Source: Ostreococcus lucimarinus
Lineage: Eukaryota
Direction: 5' to 3' (one strand)
DNA length: 64,000 nucleotides
Assembly (NCBI GenBank): GCA_000092065.1
Contig: CP000590.1
A program made the translations under genes and the position numbers. Under the pieces are notes generated by a model. That model searched no databases and was not told the DNA's origin. It was given only the letters and a program-made list of their open reading frames with translations. Positions 39,598 through 50,778 of the stretch are shown one piece after another; position 1 is the stretch's first letter; each line of letters starts with the position of its first letter.

Positions 39598-40788
39598 ATG
39601 TCCGCCGTCGCCGTCTCGGCGGTGGACGCGCTGGACGACGCGCGACACGCGTCGTCGCGCGCGAATGAGCATAAAGTGCACCAGCGTTGGCGCGAAGTCA
39701 TGCGCGCGCGGCGTCGACGCGCGACGCGCGAGGAGATCGAGAGCGCGGCGAAGGCGCACGATGATGCGTTGGATGATCGCGAGCGTGCGCTCGCGAACTT
39801 GGACGCGGCGATGGACGAGAGCGAACGCACGCACAGGGTCGAGGCGGAGGCGCAGGCGAGACGGTTGGAGGAGGCGTCGACGCGCGCGGACGCGGAGACG
39901 GCGACGATCGATGCGCGCGCGACTGGACGGTTGCGCGCGCTCCGCGAGACATTTGAAAGTGAGGACGCGCGCGCGGACGAACGGTGGCGAGAAGACGTTC
40001 AAGAGGCGTTGGAGCGCGCGGAGGCGGGACGCACAGCGTTTGAGCGAGAACAAGACGCGAGGCGCGCGAGTTTTGAAGACAAACGAGAGGAGATTCGGAA
40101 TCAGCACGGCGAGGACGTGTCGACGATGAAAATTATGTATGAAAACAAAATCAAAGAGCTCGAGAGCGAGCTCGCGCGAGTGACCGCGCCGAGCGTCACG
40201 AAGGGAGAATTAGGATGCGCCGACAATCACTGGGACGCCGAAGAAGAGCTCGACCACGAACGAGCGTACGAGCTCATTCGCGCGCGTGACGACGCGGACG
40301 CGAAACGCCTGGCGAACACAAAGCGCCAGATCCAGAAACTCCAATCCAAAGTCGATCATTGGCGCGAGAAGACGCACTCGCGAACTTCTGAATGGAACGC
40401 CTCGCACGCTCGCCGCGTCGCCGAGCGAGACCAACTCCTTCGTCGATACGACGACGTGAAATCCGGCGTCACCGCCATGCGCGACGCCCGCGCATCGGCG
40501 CTGCGCAAAATGTGCGTCTCAAGCGAGCACGCCATAAAAGAGCTCACGAGAACCTTGGAGCACGCTCGCCGCGTGCTCCGCGTGGAATCGCTCAACGCCG
40601 ACCTTCGTCGCCGGCACGGCGTCGACGTCGAAGCGTCCACACATTCGCCTCGCCGTTCCTCGCGCGACGCCGCGAGCGACGCCATCGCCGACTATCATTT
40701 CTCCGACGCACCTATGGATTACGCGCAGAGCGTCCTCGAGCGGTTTTACGCCCGCAGAACGGCTCAATCTTCCCCTCGCGCGCCGTAG
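39598..40788 (+). CDS. Coiled-coil protein (396 aa), function not recognised
   Basis: ATG at 39598. It is divergent from the 936-aa coiled-coil gene with 110 bp between ATGs, and is E/R/A-rich coiled coil. Confidence 0.4.
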   Translation: MSAVAVSAVDALDDARHASSRANEHKVHQRWREVMRARRRRATREEIESAAKAHDDALDDRERALANLDAAMDESERTHRVEAEAQARRLEEASTRADAETATIDARATGRLRALRETFESEDARADERWREDVQEALERAEAGRTAFEREQDARRASFEDKREEIRNQHGEDVSTMKIMYENKIKELESELARVTAPSVTKGELGCADNHWDAEEELDHERAYELIRARDDADAKRLANTKRQIQKLQSKVDHWREKTHSRTSEWNASHARRVAERDQLLRRYDDVKSGVTAMRDARASALRKMCVSSEHAIKELTRTLEHARRVLRVESLNADLRRRHGVDVEASTHSPRRSSRDAASDAIADYHFSDAPMDYAQSVLERFYARRTAQSSPRAP

Positions 40789-40936
40789 CCAAATCCAAGC
40801 CATTTGTAGCGCGCACGACCGCCCAGCACATCAGCACACGCTCGCGCGCGCGACAACGCGAACGCACCCGCGCCGCCGCGACGCGACGCGAGGAAGCGAA
40901 ACGAAAGAACGCTTTTCGAGCGTCGGCGCGCGCGCC

Positions 40937-43285
40937 ATGTCGCGCGACGACGACGATGCGACGAAGAAATCGACCAAGACGAAGAAACCAAAGTTTGGTG
41001 GCGGCGGCGGCGCGCTGAATCAAAATGACGTCGTCACGGACGCCCGTTTCAGCGCCATGCACCGCGACCCGCGGTTCATGGCGATGCCGAAGAAGACAGG
41101 CGCGGTGCAGATCGACTCGAGGTTCGCGGGAGTGTTCGATGATCCGAATTTCGCGAGCGGAGGAGGCACGAGCGGGACGGACAAGCGCGGGAGACGCGCG
41201 GAGGATGAAAGAGGAGCGAAACTGGACGCACGCGCAAAGCAAAGGAAGGAGATGCGAGCGTATTACAAAATGGACGATGAAGATGATGATTCCGACGGCG
41301 ATGAGGGGTTGGAAGAGCGCATGGAGAAGTCGATGGATCGAATGCGCGGGGTCGGTTTGGAATCGTCAAGCGAGGAGGAGAGCGACGAAAGCGAGGACGA
41401 GGAAGGCGTCGATGAAGAGGATGAGGGGGTGCTGCCGACGATGCTCGTCGGAGAGGCGGATAAAGATATACCCACCATCGACGCAACGCGTCGGCTGGCG
41501 ATCGTGAATTGTGAATGGCAACATATTCGGGCGTGCGATTTGTACGCGGTGTTGCGATCCTTTGCGCCAAAGGGCGGGTCATTGGAGCGCGTGACGGTGT
41601 ACCCGAGCGATTTCGGGTTAGAGCGCATGGCGGTGGAGAATAAATACGGTCCTTTAAGCGCGTTTCAAAAAGATGAGTCGAAAAAGAAGTCAACGTTGAA
41701 CGCGGCGACGACGAAGAGAAAGGCGTCGGGGAACGAAAGCGACGACGCTGACGCGGCGGATAACGAACAAATGCGACAGTACGAGCGTGATAGATTGCGC
41801 TATTACTACGCTATCGCAGAATTCGATACAGTGAAGACCGCAATGGGGGTATATCACGAGTGCGATGGGATCGAGTACGAGCGATCGAGTTTTAAACTCG
41901 ATTTGCGTTACGTCCCGGACGACCAATCGTTTGAGGAACGCGAGGTTCGCGATACCGCCACGGATATTCCTCCCGATTACGAAGCTCCCGAGTTTCAAGT
42001 CAAGGCGCTGCAGCACTCGAACGTCAAGTTATCGTGGGACGATGATGACCCGACTCGGCGTAAAACGTTTCGACGTAAAATCACCGAGGACAATCTCAAG
42101 GATGAAGATTTCGCCGCCTATCTCGCGTCTGACTCCGACGACGAGGACGAATCCGAGCAATCCGAGGATGAAGAAAATGAAGCAGACGCCAAGGCAGCGA
42201 AAAAAGCGTACTTGGCTAAACTTCTCGGCGGGAGTGGTGACGCCGACGTTGATGCCGATGCCGGTGCGGAGAAGGATGACTTTTTTGTATCTGACGACGA
42301 CGACGACGACGGCGAGGACACCGCCAAGGCGTCCACGAAGGCGTTTAAAACGAAACGCGATAAACAGCGCTACGGCTCGAAAAGCAACGCAGGTGACATG
42401 GAAGTGACATTTCACGCCGGTCTCGAAGAGTTCGGTGCGCGCATTAAGAAGAAACAGAAAGACGGAAAGCTCGGCGCGCAGGAGACGGTTTACGAACGGC
42501 AAGAGCGCCTGCGCAAGGAAAAGCGCGAAGCGAAACGATTAGCGAATAAGGATAAAGGAGAAGTCAATGAAAAAGAGTCCGACGACGTTGCGGGTGGCGC
42601 CGACGGCGAGCCAGCGACGTTTGACGACCCGTTCTTCATGGACGATGGTGGTGACGTCGACTTTGACGCCGAGTACGATTCTGAAGACGGCGCCCCGAAG
42701 GCCAAGAAGAAGGCGAAAAGTAAGTTTACGGACGACGACGACGCGCCGAGCAAGACGAACTTGAAAAAGGCGAAGAAAGCTGCTAAGCGCGGTGAAGTAG
42801 ATGAACAAGCTCAAGCCGATTTGGAGCTGTTGATGATGGACGAGAAGGAAATTCTCGGCAAATCCGACGGCGTCTCCGCTCGTCGCGCTGCTATTAAGCC
42901 TGCCGACGGCGGAGAGCCGACCAAGAAGAAGTCGCGAAAAGAGCGTCTCGCCGAGAAACGCCGTCTCCGCGGCAAAGCCGCACGGCGTGCTGAGAGTGAT
43001 GACGACGACGACGGCGAAGTGAACAAGTTGGACACGGCGGACGATCGCTTTGCCGGATTGTACGAGTCGCATCACTTCAGTCTCGACCCCACGGATCCAC
43101 GTTACAAAGACGTGCAGAATAAGACGCTCATTATTAGTGAAAGAGACAAGCGGCGCCAGAAGAAAGCGGAAAAGAAATCTAGCAAGACTGTCAGCGCGCT
43201 TGAGTCGCAGGCGAAGGAAATCGGGTCGTCTGAACTGCAGAACATGATGGCGTCGCTCAAGAGGAAATCCAAAGTCAAGAAGTGA
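40937..43285 (+). CDS. ESF1: Pre-rRNA processing protein ESF1 (NUC153 domain)
   Basis: ATG at 40937. The NUC153 DPRF motifs are VVTDARFSAMHRDPRFMAMPKK and IDSRFAGVFDDPNFA. The central RRM-like part is RLAIVNCEWQHIRACDLYAVLRSFAPKGGSLERVTVYPSDFG...YYYAIAEFDTVKTAMGVYHECDGIEYE, and the tail is K/E/D-rich. Confidence 0.7.
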   Translation: MSRDDDDATKKSTKTKKPKFGGGGGALNQNDVVTDARFSAMHRDPRFMAMPKKTGAVQIDSRFAGVFDDPNFASGGGTSGTDKRGRRAEDERGAKLDARAKQRKEMRAYYKMDDEDDDSDGDEGLEERMEKSMDRMRGVGLESSSEEESDESEDEEGVDEEDEGVLPTMLVGEADKDIPTIDATRRLAIVNCEWQHIRACDLYAVLRSFAPKGGSLERVTVYPSDFGLERMAVENKYGPLSAFQKDESKKKSTLNAATTKRKASGNESDDADAADNEQMRQYERDRLRYYYAIAEFDTVKTAMGVYHECDGIEYERSSFKLDLRYVPDDQSFEEREVRDTATDIPPDYEAPEFQVKALQHSNVKLSWDDDDPTRRKTFRRKITEDNLKDEDFAAYLASDSDDEDESEQSEDEENEADAKAAKKAYLAKLLGGSGDADVDADAGAEKDDFFVSDDDDDDGEDTAKASTKAFKTKRDKQRYGSKSNAGDMEVTFHAGLEEFGARIKKKQKDGKLGAQETVYERQERLRKEKREAKRLANKDKGEVNEKESDDVAGGADGEPATFDDPFFMDDGGDVDFDAEYDSEDGAPKAKKKAKSKFTDDDDAPSKTNLKKAKKAAKRGEVDEQAQADLELLMMDEKEILGKSDGVSARRAAIKPADGGEPTKKKSRKERLAEKRRLRGKAARRAESDDDDDGEVNKLDTADDRFAGLYESHHFSLDPTDPRYKDVQNKTLIISERDKRRQKKAEKKSSKTVSALESQAKEIGSSELQNMMASLKRKSKVKK

Positions 43286-43292
43286 TTGTAGT

Positions 43293-43297
43293 GTAAA
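43293..43297 (+). promoter_or_regulatory. Putative TGTAA poly(A) signal of ESF1
   Basis: TGTAA is 8 nt after the TGA stop. Confidence 0.35.
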
Positions 43298-43316
43298 ACT
43301 AACCTAAAATCTACTG

Positions 43317-44708
43317 CTACGTCGCCACACTAGCGCCTACGACGTCCATGAGCGCGATATCAAATCCGCGCTTTAAACCCGCGAGCAAATCTTCCTTCGT
43401 TTCTAACCCCACGGACAGACGCAACAGACCACCCGGCACGTGCGGCTCCTTTTCGCCCGGCGCGCACTCGACCGAATACCTGTGTTCGATGAGCGACTCG
43501 AAACCGCCGAGCGACGTGGCGCACGTCCAATAGTCGCAACTAACGGCCATAGTTTTACAAAACTTGACGACTCGCGACAAGTTTGATCCAGTGTGTTCGG
43601 GATAAAGATGCGGAAGGAAGTCAAAGAATACGAGCGAAAGCATGCCGCCGTACACGCCGTTTGGACACATGCGATTTACGATGTCGTAATGCGCGTTCTT
43701 CGACTCCACCGTTGTATCGGTTTGAAGCCCCGGGTATAGAACGATAGCGCCGTGAGGAATTCGACTGCGCAAGTACTGTTCGAACTCGTGCGCGATCCAC
43801 ATTGCGCTTTCGCTTTGTCTGCGCACGCGCAGCTCTAGCGTACGCATGCCTCGCGAGAGCAAGTACGCGTCCATCGACCCCATCGTCGCCCCGCCGAGCT
43901 TACGCTCATGCAAGATCCGCTGCCATCGATCATCGCATTCGCGCGTCACCAAAGCTCCCGCGACGACGTCCCCGTGTCCGTTCAAATATTTGGTCGCAGA
44001 GTGCATCACGACGTCGACGCCGAACGACAACGGCTTGGTACAAATCGGCGTCAATACCGTCGAATCCACACACACGCACCCCGCATCGCACGCCCTCGCC
44101 ACGGCCACGACCTGTTCTAAATCCATCACGTCCCACGTGGGATTCGCCGGGGATTCCACCCACACCAACGCCGCTTTTCGCCCTCTCGCCGCCTCTTCCT
44201 CCAACGCGCGCTTCAACGACCGTCCCGCGTGATGCGCCGTCCCCTTCGCGTCCTCGTCTCGCCTCGCCAGCGTGTGTCCATCGACGTCACATATCACATA
44301 CGGCACATCGGGGTCGTATTCCACGACCTCCACGCCTCGCGCGGCGCACCACTCTCGAATTCGCGCGCGCACCGCGAAGTACCCGCGGCTCGGCGAGCAC
44401 GCGAACGAACTCGCGTCCGACGTCCCGCGCACCGCGCCCTCGAGCACGGCGTTCACGGCCGCCATGCCGGACGAGAACAAAGCGCAATCGCTCCCGCGCT
44501 CGAGATCGCGCAGCGTGCGCTCGCACGCGCGCACGGATGGATTATCCGGCCGAGCGTAGCACAGCGTTCGGTCGCGAAAACGCGGAAGTTCGTGCGCGTC
44601 GTCGCGCGCGTACGTCGTCGATGGGTATATGGGCTGGATGACCGAACGCGTGGGGTCGTCGGCGGCGTCGGCGGCGCCGCGGACGAGCAAGGTGCCGTGG
44701 TCGAGCAT
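43317..44708 (-). CDS. Cys/Met-metabolism PLP-dependent enzyme (cystathionine beta-lyase / gamma-synthase family)
   Basis: ATG at 44708. IYPSTTYA...SATKYLNGHGDVVAG (the PLP lysine motif) ...LGG, with full-length similarity to the CGS/CBL/CGL family. Confidence 0.7.
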   Translation of the reverse strand: MLDHGTLLVRGAADAADDPTRSVIQPIYPSTTYARDDAHELPRFRDRTLCYARPDNPSVRACERTLRDLERGSDCALFSSGMAAVNAVLEGAVRGTSDASSFACSPSRGYFAVRARIREWCAARGVEVVEYDPDVPYVICDVDGHTLARRDEDAKGTAHHAGRSLKRALEEEAARGRKAALVWVESPANPTWDVMDLEQVVAVARACDAGCVCVDSTVLTPICTKPLSFGVDVVMHSATKYLNGHGDVVAGALVTRECDDRWQRILHERKLGGATMGSMDAYLLSRGMRTLELRVRRQSESAMWIAHEFEQYLRSRIPHGAIVLYPGLQTDTTVESKNAHYDIVNRMCPNGVYGGMLSLVFFDFLPHLYPEHTGSNLSRVVKFCKTMAVSCDYWTCATSLGGFESLIEHRYSVECAPGEKEPHVPGGLLRLSVGLETKEDLLAGLKRGFDIALMDVVGASVAT

Positions 44709-44771
44709 CGCGAACGCGTCTGCGAGTGCGGCGACGGCGCGACGAAACTAAATGAATGAGCTACAACGTCG

Positions 44772-45918
44772 TCAGCGGGCGAGCGATAAGGATGCTAAAT
44801 GAACGTCTACGTCGACGCTCGCGACGTCGCGATCGATGGCGGGCGCGGCGGGTGAACTCGATTTGAATCCACGGTTCGCCGCGCGTAATGCGGCGGCGAC
44901 GTCGGGACGCGACAGATTCGGAGGCGTGAACGGCGATGTTCGGAACTGCACCGTCGGTTCCGCGGACTCGTCCACGTTTACCGTCAATCCACACGCTTTT
45001 ACGTAAGTCTCGGCGTCGCTGGCGTAGTCGAGGCGCAGGACGCGCGCCAACTCGTCGAGCTTCATCGGCGTCGAGTTCAGCGCGCAGTTGAGCGATCGCA
45101 GCGCATCGATGCGCGCGACGGCGAAGTGCCGCTCGAGGCAGCACGCGTGTTCGTACGACGCCTCGTCGACGATGGCGAAAAAACGACGCCAGTTTCCCGT
45201 CGCGAAGGCTGCTCGACACGTCATCGCGAATCTCGCGTCCTTCGTCGCCAACGTCCGTACTCCGACGCGTCTCAAGTCCCCCGCCAACTCGCTCGTCCCG
45301 TCGCGCAGGCGCACGCACAGCAGCATCGACACAAACCTTCCAACGCGTTCGACGTGCAGGTCGTCGTCGAATCCCAACTCCGCGTACGCGCTCAGCAACA
45401 TTCCAAACGTCTTTCCGAGCTGTCGCTCGCGCAGCGCCGCCGCGCCGAAATCGTCGTCGCTCGCGTCCGCCTCGCGCTCCGCCTCGCTCGTCACCGCGCG
45501 CACGATCATGCGCTCGAGCAACGCGCAGCACCTTCCGCACGCCACCGGATCGTCCGCGAACAACCCTTGCATCGCTAAATCTTGTCGCACCGCGCGCAGT
45601 CGGTCCTCGCAGAACGCGTGCGCGCTCGCGAGCGCGTTCGCCGACGCCGACGCCGACGCGCGCGTCGACGCGCGACGCGCGTCGTCGAGCGCGCGGAATA
45701 AATGGTCCACCGTGCGTTCGCACGCGTCCAGCGTTCGCACGCGCGCCGCGTCCTCCGTTCCCGCGACGACGGTGCGCGCGAACCGTTTCACCATCCTCGA
45801 CGCGTCGGCGTCGCCCGCGCCGTTCGCGCCGCCGCGCTCGAGCGCGTGCGCGTCGCCGCGCGTCGCGCGCGCGCGCGCCTCGGCGTCGGGGCACATCGCC
45901 TCGCACGCGCCGCGCATG
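44772..45918 (-). CDS. SAC3/GANP-family (PCI-like) protein
   Basis: ATG at 45918 (MRGACEAMCPDAEAR...). The middle ...FCEDRLRAVRQDLAMQGLFADD...ELGFDDDLH...TGNWRRFFAIV...HFAVARIDALRSLN resembles the SAC3/GANP helical domain. The upstream part of the track ORF is antisense to proA and spurious. Confidence 0.4.
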
Positions 45919-45989
45919 GCGACGCGCGACGCGCGCCGCCGGACACTGGCGCGCGCGTCGTCGCAACCCCAACGACACTTCCCGTCGTC

Positions 45990-47378
45990 ATGCCCGACGA
46001 TCCCGCCACGCTGGCCCGCAAAGCGCGCGATGCGAGTCGTAAACTGCAACAGCTCCCCTCGCGCGAGCGCGCCGCGCTGCTGCGCGCCGTCGCGAACGCG
46101 CTCGAACGTCGCGAGAGCGAAATCCAAGCCGCGAACGACGAAGATTTGCGACGCGCTGAATCGTCCGATGACGTCGAAGAAGCGCTGCTGCAGCGGTTGA
46201 AACTGAAACCTGGAAAGGTGAAGCAGCTGGCGGACGGCGCGCGGGCGATCGCGAACATGGAAGAGCCGATCGGGAAGCCGCTGAGCGCGATGGAGTTGGC
46301 GAAGGGTTTGACGCTGACGAAGGTGACGGCGCCGTTGGGGGTGCTTTTGATCATATTTGAAAGCCGGCCGGACGCGCTGCCGCAGATCGCGTCGTTGGCG
46401 CTGCGGACGGGGAATGGACTGCTGCTCAAGGGTGGGAAGGAAGCGGCGAGCTCGAACGCGAAACTGCGGGAGGTCATCGTGGACGAATTTGAGGCGTTCG
46501 GCGTACCGAAGGAATGCGTGTGCCTGATCGAGGGTCGAGAAGCGGTGGCAGATCTGCTGAAGCTGGATGACGTGATCGATTTGGTGATTCCGCGCGGTTC
46601 GAACTCGTTGGTGACGTACATTCAGAATAATACGAAGATTCCCGTGCTCGGGCACGCGGACGGCGTGGTGCACGTGTACGTCGACAAGGACGCGAATGTT
46701 GACATGGCGGCGAAGTGTGCGATAGATTCGAAGATTGATTATCCCGCGGCGTGTAACGCGTTGGAGACTTTGCTCATTCACGACGATCTTGTCGCGAATG
46801 GAGGCGCGGCGGAACTCATGACGGCGTTGCGCGCGGCGGGCGTCGAACTCTTTGGCGGACCGCGCGGGACAAAGGAACTCAACCTACCAGCGGCACCGGC
46901 GCTCCGACACGAATACGGTGGCATGCAATGCTCGGTGGAACTCGTGAGCTCTATGGATAACGCCATCGATTACATCCACGCCAACGGTTCGGCGCATACT
47001 GATTGCATCATCACGTCGAACCAAAAGACGGCGGATGAATTCATCGCTCGCGTCGACAGTGCGTGCGTGTTTCATAACGCCTCCACGCGCTTCAGCGATG
47101 GATTTAGATTTGGTCTCGGCGCTGAGGTTGGTATATCTACTTCGCGAATCCATGCCCGCGGGCCCGTGGGCGTCGAAGGATTGTTGACGACGCGCTGCTT
47201 GTTGCGAGGCAAGGGGCAAATTTGCAACAAGGACAAGGGCGTGGAGTTCACGCACAAGCGACTACCGCTTCCCAAGCGCGAAGGGTTGTTTAAACCCGGT
47301 GTATTGCAACAAGTTGCGTCGAGCGTGGCGCTCTTGGCGAATAGCATCGTCGTGTTCCGAGCGATGATGAAGAAATGA
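45990..47378 (+). CDS. proA: Gamma-glutamyl phosphate reductase (glutamate-5-semialdehyde dehydrogenase, ProA), stand-alone
   Basis: ATG at 45990 (MPDDPATLARKARDASRKLQQL...). It is an ALDH-superfamily ProA: PLGVLLIIFESRPDALPQIASLALRTGNGLLLKGGKEA...HADGVVHVYVD...CNALETLLIH...HTDCIITS...NASTRFSDGFRFGLGAEVGIST. I found no fused glutamate-5-kinase domain. Confidence 0.75.
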   Translation: MPDDPATLARKARDASRKLQQLPSRERAALLRAVANALERRESEIQAANDEDLRRAESSDDVEEALLQRLKLKPGKVKQLADGARAIANMEEPIGKPLSAMELAKGLTLTKVTAPLGVLLIIFESRPDALPQIASLALRTGNGLLLKGGKEAASSNAKLREVIVDEFEAFGVPKECVCLIEGREAVADLLKLDDVIDLVIPRGSNSLVTYIQNNTKIPVLGHADGVVHVYVDKDANVDMAAKCAIDSKIDYPAACNALETLLIHDDLVANGGAAELMTALRAAGVELFGGPRGTKELNLPAAPALRHEYGGMQCSVELVSSMDNAIDYIHANGSAHTDCIITSNQKTADEFIARVDSACVFHNASTRFSDGFRFGLGAEVGISTSRIHARGPVGVEGLLTTRCLLRGKGQICNKDKGVEFTHKRLPLPKREGLFKPGVLQQVASSVALLANSIVVFRAMMKK

Positions 47379-47425
47379 ATCACGCATTAGACGAGTTGAC
47401 GCCGCAATTTTTCTGAACACGACGG

Positions 47426-47430
47426 TGTAA
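47426..47430 (+). promoter_or_regulatory. Putative TGTAA poly(A) signal of proA
   Basis: TGTAA is about 45 nt after the stop, in an AT-richer 3' region. Confidence 0.35.
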
Positions 47431-47489
47431 AAGCTTTCAAAAATCATTTTGATAACAAAGTACAAACAACGTAAAGTAGCGCACCTAAG

Positions 47490-48974
47490 TTAAATCGTCT
47501 CCAATGCGGCGATACCCTCAAGATGTTTGTAGTTCTTCTTCAGGATGTCGCGCGAATCGGAGATTCTAAAATCGTATCCGTGTTTCTGGGCCCATTCCTG
47601 CATGATGGGACGAAGCTTGTGAAGCTTGTAACGCGGCATGGTGGGGAATAAGTGGTGAATGAGCTGCGTGTCCATACCACCCCACAACCAACGCTCGAGT
47701 GGATTCTTCACGTCCGCTTCGCGAGTGCTTCTAAACTGAATATCGACGAAGGAACCGTCTTCATACATGATTTCCTCGCTCTGGTGCGTAGCGGTGACGA
47801 GAGAGCCTACCAAAAACCCACCGATGAGCATGGAGCCGATGGCGACACCCAAAGGAAGCGTGCCGAACAACCACGCGTAGTGGCCGACGAGCAAAGCGAG
47901 CTCAGTCTTATCCTTGCGCGCCCACGCACTCGCGACGCTGTGTCGGCGCCAGAGCACGTACGTCATCGCGTAGAGCGGATAGCCGTAGATGTGCTGGTAC
48001 TTGCGCAACCAGCTATCCGGGCGCCCACTGGTCTCCGGCGGCGACAAGTAATACAGAGGCTCGAGTTTGATGTCGCCGTCCTTACCGTCGACGTTCGTGA
48101 ACGAGTGGTGCATGTTGTGCTTGTGCGACCACCATTCGGCGGAAAACCCATTCGTCAACGCGCCAAAGCAGCGCATCATCGAGCACCACTTCCCGCGGCC
48201 GTGAACGTAGTCGTGCGCGAGCCATCCGGCTTGTTGCATCCCTATCCCGATCGAGATCGCGGCTAAGATCGGGTGCGTCGCCGCGATGGCTTGTCCGACG
48301 ACGTAGCATCCCAAAACTTGCGCCAACACCGAGAGTTCGGAGAGCGCGTTGCGTTTAAACCAGCCCTCCGCCTCCAACTTCCCTCGCAACTCCCCGAACT
48401 CGGCGTTCGCCGTCGTCAGCCTTTGCGTTTCGTACTCTTCCGTATCATACGGTGCATCGCACTTCGGCAACGCGCGCAAGCGTTTCAACGCCTCGTCGCT
48501 CCCGTTCGGCCCGTACGAGTGCAGCGCGTAAAACACATCCGTCGCGTCTTGTCCGTTCAACAACCGCACGAACCCCGCCCCACCGGGATGCGCCAGCGCC
48601 CACCCCGTCGCATCGTACCACTGTCCATCGACCTTCAGCTTCACTTCCTCCGTCCGTCGCCGGCGCCCGCTCTGCTTCTCGTTCGCTTCCGCCGCCTGTT
48701 CCAGCACCGCCGCGCTCGCGCCGAACGGGCTCAGGAACCCCCACGGCTTCTTCGCCTTCCCATCGTCGCCCGCCGCCGTCGCCGTCGCCGTCGCGTCGTC
48801 CGCGCTCTCGTGTCCCATCGCGTCCGAGATCGCGTCGATCCGCGTCGTCGTCGTCGTCGTCCTCGCGCGCGGTCGCCGTCGAATCGTCGCCGACGTCACG
48901 GCGACATCTTGTCGCGCGCGCGCGCGTCTGCGCGTCGTGAGCGCGCGCGCGTCGCACGTCGCGACGGCGGGCAT
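47490..48974 (-). CDS. Front-end (cytochrome b5-fused) fatty acid / sphingolipid desaturase
   Basis: N-terminal cytochrome b5 domain with HPGG (WALAHPGGAGFV). Histidine boxes HDYVH, HKHNMHH and QLIHHLFP (the Q-for-H third box typical of front-end Delta6/Delta8 desaturases). ATG at 48974 gives a presequence-like MPAVATCDARALTTRRR. The alternative ATG at 48818 (MGHESADD...) would start just before the b5 domain. Confidence 0.7.
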   Translation of the reverse strand: MPAVATCDARALTTRRRARARQDVAVTSATIRRRPRARTTTTTTRIDAISDAMGHESADDATATATAAGDDGKAKKPWGFLSPFGASAAVLEQAAEANEKQSGRRRRTEEVKLKVDGQWYDATGWALAHPGGAGFVRLLNGQDATDVFYALHSYGPNGSDEALKRLRALPKCDAPYDTEEYETQRLTTANAEFGELRGKLEAEGWFKRNALSELSVLAQVLGCYVVGQAIAATHPILAAISIGIGMQQAGWLAHDYVHGRGKWCSMMRCFGALTNGFSAEWWSHKHNMHHSFTNVDGKDGDIKLEPLYYLSPPETSGRPDSWLRKYQHIYGYPLYAMTYVLWRRHSVASAWARKDKTELALLVGHYAWLFGTLPLGVAIGSMLIGGFLVGSLVTATHQSEEIMYEDGSFVDIQFRSTREADVKNPLERWLWGGMDTQLIHHLFPTMPRYKLHKLRPIMQEWAQKHGYDFRISDSRDILKKNYKHLEGIAALETI

Positions 48975-49310
48975 GCTTTCCGCGTCGCGTCGCGCGTCGC
49001 GTCGTCCGTCGCTCGGCCGCGCGCGCGCGTGTGCGGCGCGCGCGCGCGCGCCGTATCCTCCGACGCGCGAAGATAAGACGTCGATTCGTATGCGTTTAAA
49101 CATCATTAAATGCGAAAGATCGCGCCGACGTCGATTGAATTCGCAGACGATAAATACTCGATTCCAAACCCTGGATGTAACACGGAACAGACACACGACT
49201 CGACGGCGCGACGGCGCGACGGCGCAGTGCGCGCCGCGGCGCGGCGAACGACGCGCGCGCGCGGCCGAGCGCGCGTCGCGCCGCGATCGTCGACGCCGCG
49301 ATCGCCGACG

Positions 49311-49778
49311 ATGATTCGATTCGCGCTGTTATTCAGCAAACAAGCGAAGATTCGCCTGAGCAAGTACTACGTCCTGACGAACCAAAAGGAGCGGAAGAGG
49401 ATCGAGCGCGACGTCACGTCGCGAATCATACCGCGCGCGAACAAGCTGTGCAACGTCGTCGAGTACCGGGACGTGAAGCTGGTGTACAGGAAGTACGCGA
49501 GCCTGTACTTTTGTCTGGCGGTGGACCGAGGCGCGAACGAGCTCGCGACGCTGGAGATGATTCAACACTACGTCGAGATCTTGGACAAGTACTTCGGGAA
49601 CGTGTGCGAATTGGATTTAGTGTTCAACTTTCACAAGGCGCACTACGTGTTGGACGAGGTGTTCATCGCGGGGCATCTGCAGGAGACGTCGAAGAAGTTG
49701 ATCGCGCGGTTGGTGGGCGAGCACGACGCGCTCGTGGAACGCGTCAAATTGGGCGGCCCCGCGGCCGAGGACGCGTGA
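49311..49778 (+). CDS. AP4S1: AP-4 adaptor complex sigma subunit
   Basis: ATG at 49311. MIRFALLFSKQAKIRLSKYY...CNVVEYRDVKLVYRKYASLYFCLAV...EILDKYFGNVCELDLVFNFHKAHYVLDEV aligns best with AP-4 sigma ([20 protein letters not shown]...[25 protein letters not shown]...EVLDEYF...ELDIMFNLDKVHIILDEM). The track ORF starts 201 nt earlier in low complexity. Confidence 0.75.
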   Translation: MIRFALLFSKQAKIRLSKYYVLTNQKERKRIERDVTSRIIPRANKLCNVVEYRDVKLVYRKYASLYFCLAVDRGANELATLEMIQHYVEILDKYFGNVCELDLVFNFHKAHYVLDEVFIAGHLQETSKKLIARLVGEHDALVERVKLGGPAAEDA

Positions 49779-49965
49779 TTGGCGAGCGCGCAATTCGCGC
49801 GCGCGCGCGCGCGTTTTTTTTCGCGACGCTCGCGCGCGGTGTATTTTCCTAGGTTAGCGATGCGAGCAGGCCAGGGCGCGTTCGTTCGCGCGCGCTCGGC
49901 GGCTCTGGCGGTTGTAGCGTAGCAAAAGCTTCTGATCGTCATTCGCACGCGCGCGACGCGATCCG

Positions 49966-50774
<809 letters not shown>

Positions 50775-50778
50775 GACA

